A stretch of DNA of 53,077 nt from Octopus bimaculoides (taxonomy: Eukaryota). Below are positions 50,097-53,077 of this stretch, in pieces. The translations under genes were made by a program, and so were the position numbers. Within the stretch, counting starts at the first letter, position 1. Every line of letters starts with the position of its first letter. Below the pieces are notes generated by a model. It was given only the letters and a program-made list of their open reading frames with translations. It did no database searches and had not been told where the DNA came from. The stretch spans positions 153,069,623 to 153,122,699 of the forward strand of contig NC_068982.1 in assembly GCF_001194135.2 (NCBI RefSeq), read 5' to 3'.

Positions 50097-50767
50097 GATT
50101 GGAATGTCCCGGTGAAAACCTCAATAAAGTGTAAGCACAATAAAACTGATATTCTGATTTGAGACAGGGAAGAGTAACTGTGTACAGTTGTGGAAATCAG
50201 TTATCCAGCTGACGTTAATATAAAGCTGAAAATCAGTGAAAAAGGGAATACTTCTGCTGAACTATTGAGAAATCTGCAGTTACTCTATCCAGATTACAAG
50301 TACAGGTTACTACCTACAATTTTGGGGGCAGTGGCTTGTGTAACACACTGTCTAAACATCAATCGTTAGAAATTAACCTTCTCGAAACCAGAAAGGAGAA
50401 AGCTGAGTCGAAGACTACATATCCAAGCCATCACTGGATCTGTAAAGATTTGTAAAACTTTCCAGAAGTTTATCATTTAAGAATATTTGAGCATGTTTAG
50501 GTATGCAACTATATGCATGAGAAGACATAGATAAAACGAAACATACAAATATGCAGTTATACATACATACATACATACATACATACATACATAAATACAC
50601 ACATACACACATACACACATACGTACACACATGCATGCATACATACATACATACAAAAATACCCTGTTGTTGATGTTGAAATTCCATTGAAAGAGCCTTG
50701 GAATTAGATTAGAAACCGACTCTTTCTGTATTGGTAAAAAATCTTGAAATAAAATTGAATAATGACA
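50097..50767 (+). mobile_element. 5'-truncated R2-superfamily (RLE) non-LTR retrotransposon 3' end embedded in (TACA)n arrays
   Basis: WNVPVKTSIKCKHNKTDILI*DREE*LCTVVEISYPADVNIKLKISEKGNTSAELLRNLQLLYPDY...PTILGA...ITGSVKICKTFQKFII* (stop 50478-80): a PD-(D/E)xK-like NKTD...EIS core. The inferred 3' UTR is split by a (TACA)n tract, and (TACA)n lies on both flanks. Confidence 0.85.
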
Positions 50768-51639
50768 TACATACATAAATACATATACGTGCATACATAC
50801 ATGCATGCATGCATACATACATGCATGCATACATACATACATGCATGCATACATACATGCATACATTCTTAGATAATTTACTATACTGAATTCCCTTATC
50901 TAGCCATATGTGTAACTATCTCTGTTTTACCCACTCTACGTTCTTTCATCAATCATTTGATAGATTTTCTTCATTATATTATCAATTTTTTTTTCGTGCG
51001 TTCTGTGGATTTTATATTCCGCTTTTGCTGGGGTTTAAACGTTTTAAGTACTTATCTACCGTTTATTACATTTCATAATATATACAACCACGTCGATGGT
51101 GATGTTGACAAAAATAACAATAACAAAATAGGACTATGATAATGCTGATGTAGGTGAAGATTGGCAAGGATGTATGACAGTGCTGTTGGTGGTAGTGGTG
51201 TAGAGACGATGATCTAAAAAATAGGCTGATGATTGTGGTCACGATAAATTTTACAATGGCACTGAGCATGCATATGAGATTGTGTATAATGGTGATGAGT
51301 TAGATATTAATCTTACAATATTGCTGTTATTGTTGTGGTTGTTCATGATGATGATGATGATGATGATTATGTTGCTGCTGATGTTGAGACGATGATCATG
51401 ATGATGACGTTGATGTTGATTACTAACGTGATGATGAGAACGGTGAGGTCAAAATATAGGCATTGCTTTTTCTATTTTTTCTCCCTCATTTTTTCACCAC
51501 CAACATTTGCAGCACAGCTATTGCATCCATCGACACCAACTTTACAATTAACTTTGTTGTCGGAGTCAGGATTTGTTTTCAAATCACAATTGACAGTATC
51601 GATCAACATTCTAGTCATCAACCACATAATGATACTAGT

Positions 51640-51649
51640 AGCAGAGTTA

Positions 51650-51692
<43 letters not shown>

Positions 51693-51769
51693 TTATGATG
51701 ATGATGATGATGATAATATTGATAATAACTACAATAATGATAATAATAACAATGACAACAACGACAACG

Positions 51770-51838
<69 letters not shown>

Positions 51839-51880
51839 GTGATGATGATAATGATAATAATAATGATGATGATGATAATC
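51640..51880 (+). repeat. Compound trinucleotide array (AAT)n/(GAT)n/(AAC)n
   Basis: Directly visible. It is preceded by decayed GAT/TGT-rich low-complexity sequence from about 51100. Confidence 0.97.
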
Positions 51881-52218
51881 CCAAATATTTTTTACCGTAC
51901 ACTTCATTTTCGACTTCCGCTTTGAACAAACATCAAACATCTTCTCTGTGTGTGTATGTGTGTGTGTGAGGGTGTGTGTGTGTGTGTGTGCGTGCGCGCG
52001 CTTGCGTATGTGTCTGTATGTGTGTGCGTACATATATATATATATAAATATGTATATATGAGTATAGGTATATATATTATGTATGTATGTCTCCATATGT
52101 AATTTTTTTTTGTCTTTAATGCGATATTGTTTACTACATTTTCTTTTACAGTATTATATTTCTGGAGTAAAAAATACGAATGGAATCTACAACCAATATC
52201 TAGCACCATTTTCAATAG

Positions 52219-52404
52219 CTGAACAATTTCAGTGACTTTACAAAAGAAGGTGTCACAATCAATCCGTCCAGAAATCAGAGGCTGAAAAGAAGTCCATCCC
52301 CTCCTGTCAAATGTTCAGGTGACCCTGAAACTTGCTTATGTTGGCCTTCCTCCTCTGATAAAATCATGAAAAAATCCAGGAAACGCTCTGTGTGTGCATC
52401 ATAG
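52219..52404 (+). CDS. Candidate terminal coding exon of an unidentified host gene
   Basis: Acceptor ccattttcaatag| followed by 61 open codons plus TAG: LNNFSDFTKEGVTINPSRNQRLKRSPSPPVKCSGDPETCLCWPSSSDKIMKKSRKRSVCAS*. Non-repetitive and GC-richer than its surroundings, followed by A-rich 3'UTR-like sequence. No family recognised. Confidence 0.4.
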   Translation: MNNFSDFTKEGVTINPSRNQRLKRSPSPPVKCSGDPETCLCWPSSSDKIMKKSRKRSVCAS

Positions 52405-53077
52405 TGATGGGTGTACATCTATCTTGTTTCAGTTTTTTCCGCAGATAACAAAAATCAATAATGTACTCTACTGGTCTACATTATTTACTAAACCCAACCA
52501 ATTTGCCACCTCGTCGTTCTCGTAAATAGTAACCAGTACAGCAACGCGATGAACATAAGAAACTTCCACAACAAGAGCAATATAACTAACAAAAGAAGCA
52601 AAAAAAAAAAACACGTCAAAATTTTAAAATGTGTCAGGTTTGGCAGAGTGATATGAAAGTCTACGAACCAAACAAAACGGTAGTATTACCATCATCGGCA
52701 ACATCAACAGCAACAATAGGAAGAGTAGTGAAAAATAAGCAAGGAAATAATATCAACATCGGCAGGAACAATCATTTCACCTATACGTAGACTACAAGCA
52801 ATTCTCATTAAAAAAAAACAAAAACAAAAAAAAATGAAATATAATTTAGGTGAAATGTGTCACTGTGTCTTTTTTGAAACCTAAACCACATTTATTTTTC
52901 GTTCTTTTTTTTTTTTTGCTGTGGTCGAACATTCACAAACATATACACAACCGTAATTCACTCTCCATTACTTCCTTGTATACATATAGAGATATATCCG
53001 TAGACAATCATTTACTATATAAGTTCACTCTTGAAACACGCAAACCCATATCGGCGGGCAGGTATACATACACAAAT

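Noticed and set aside
12419-52096. Many ORFs of poly-YI, HT, CV, RE, YLSI, MYVC type
   Set aside because: These are translations of di- and tetranucleotide microsatellites with no coding evidence.
51335-52096. Poly-Asn/Asp, poly-Ile/Thr and poly-His/Tyr/Cys ORFs
   Set aside because: All arise from the compound trinucleotide array, which is stop-free in several frames by construction.
52200-52420. Minus-strand TIR-like phrases (YDAH..., LIVTPSFVKS)
   Set aside because: They need several frameshifts; the clean + strand exon reading is more parsimonious.
1-53077. CRISPR arrays, rRNA, tRNA genes, prokaryotic operons
   Set aside because: No repeat-spacer array or recognisable structural RNA gene was seen. 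The sequence is eukaryotic, and tRNA-like pieces belong to SINE heads.

Overview
AT-rich, microsatellite-dense animal genomic DNA, not prokaryotic. The SINE signatures, matched from memory, point to an octopod cephalopod (Octopus-like). It looks like a short-read assembly: 11 N-gaps (4006-4503, 8861-9501, 12775-12929, 15648-15872, 27506-27761, 29341-29939, 30304-30313, 35824-35842, 41032-41041, 41792-42390, 48960-49088), most abutting (AT)n, (GT)n or (GA)n tracts. I found no intact recognisable gene, rRNA, tRNA or CRISPR array. The window is dominated by decayed mobile elements: about 8 Penelope-like (PLE) fragments, three or four restriction-like-endonuclease (R2-superfamily) LINE fragments, CR1-like and RTE-like LINE relics, several tRNA-derived SINEs, and a 5'-truncated Tc1 transposase with DD36E spacing. 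Main points of interest: (1) several minimal hammerhead-ribozyme motifs, one with an intact core (48273-48315) and two PLE-terminal paralogues with compensatory stem changes (3833-3914, 37120-37206); (2) RLE retrotransposons embedded in (AAT)n and (TACA)n arrays; (3) the DD36E Tc1; (4) unexplained direct, inverted and periodic duplications; (5) a candidate + strand terminal exon at 52219-52404 and weaker exon candidates. All protein-family calls are by-eye motif matches, not database searches.
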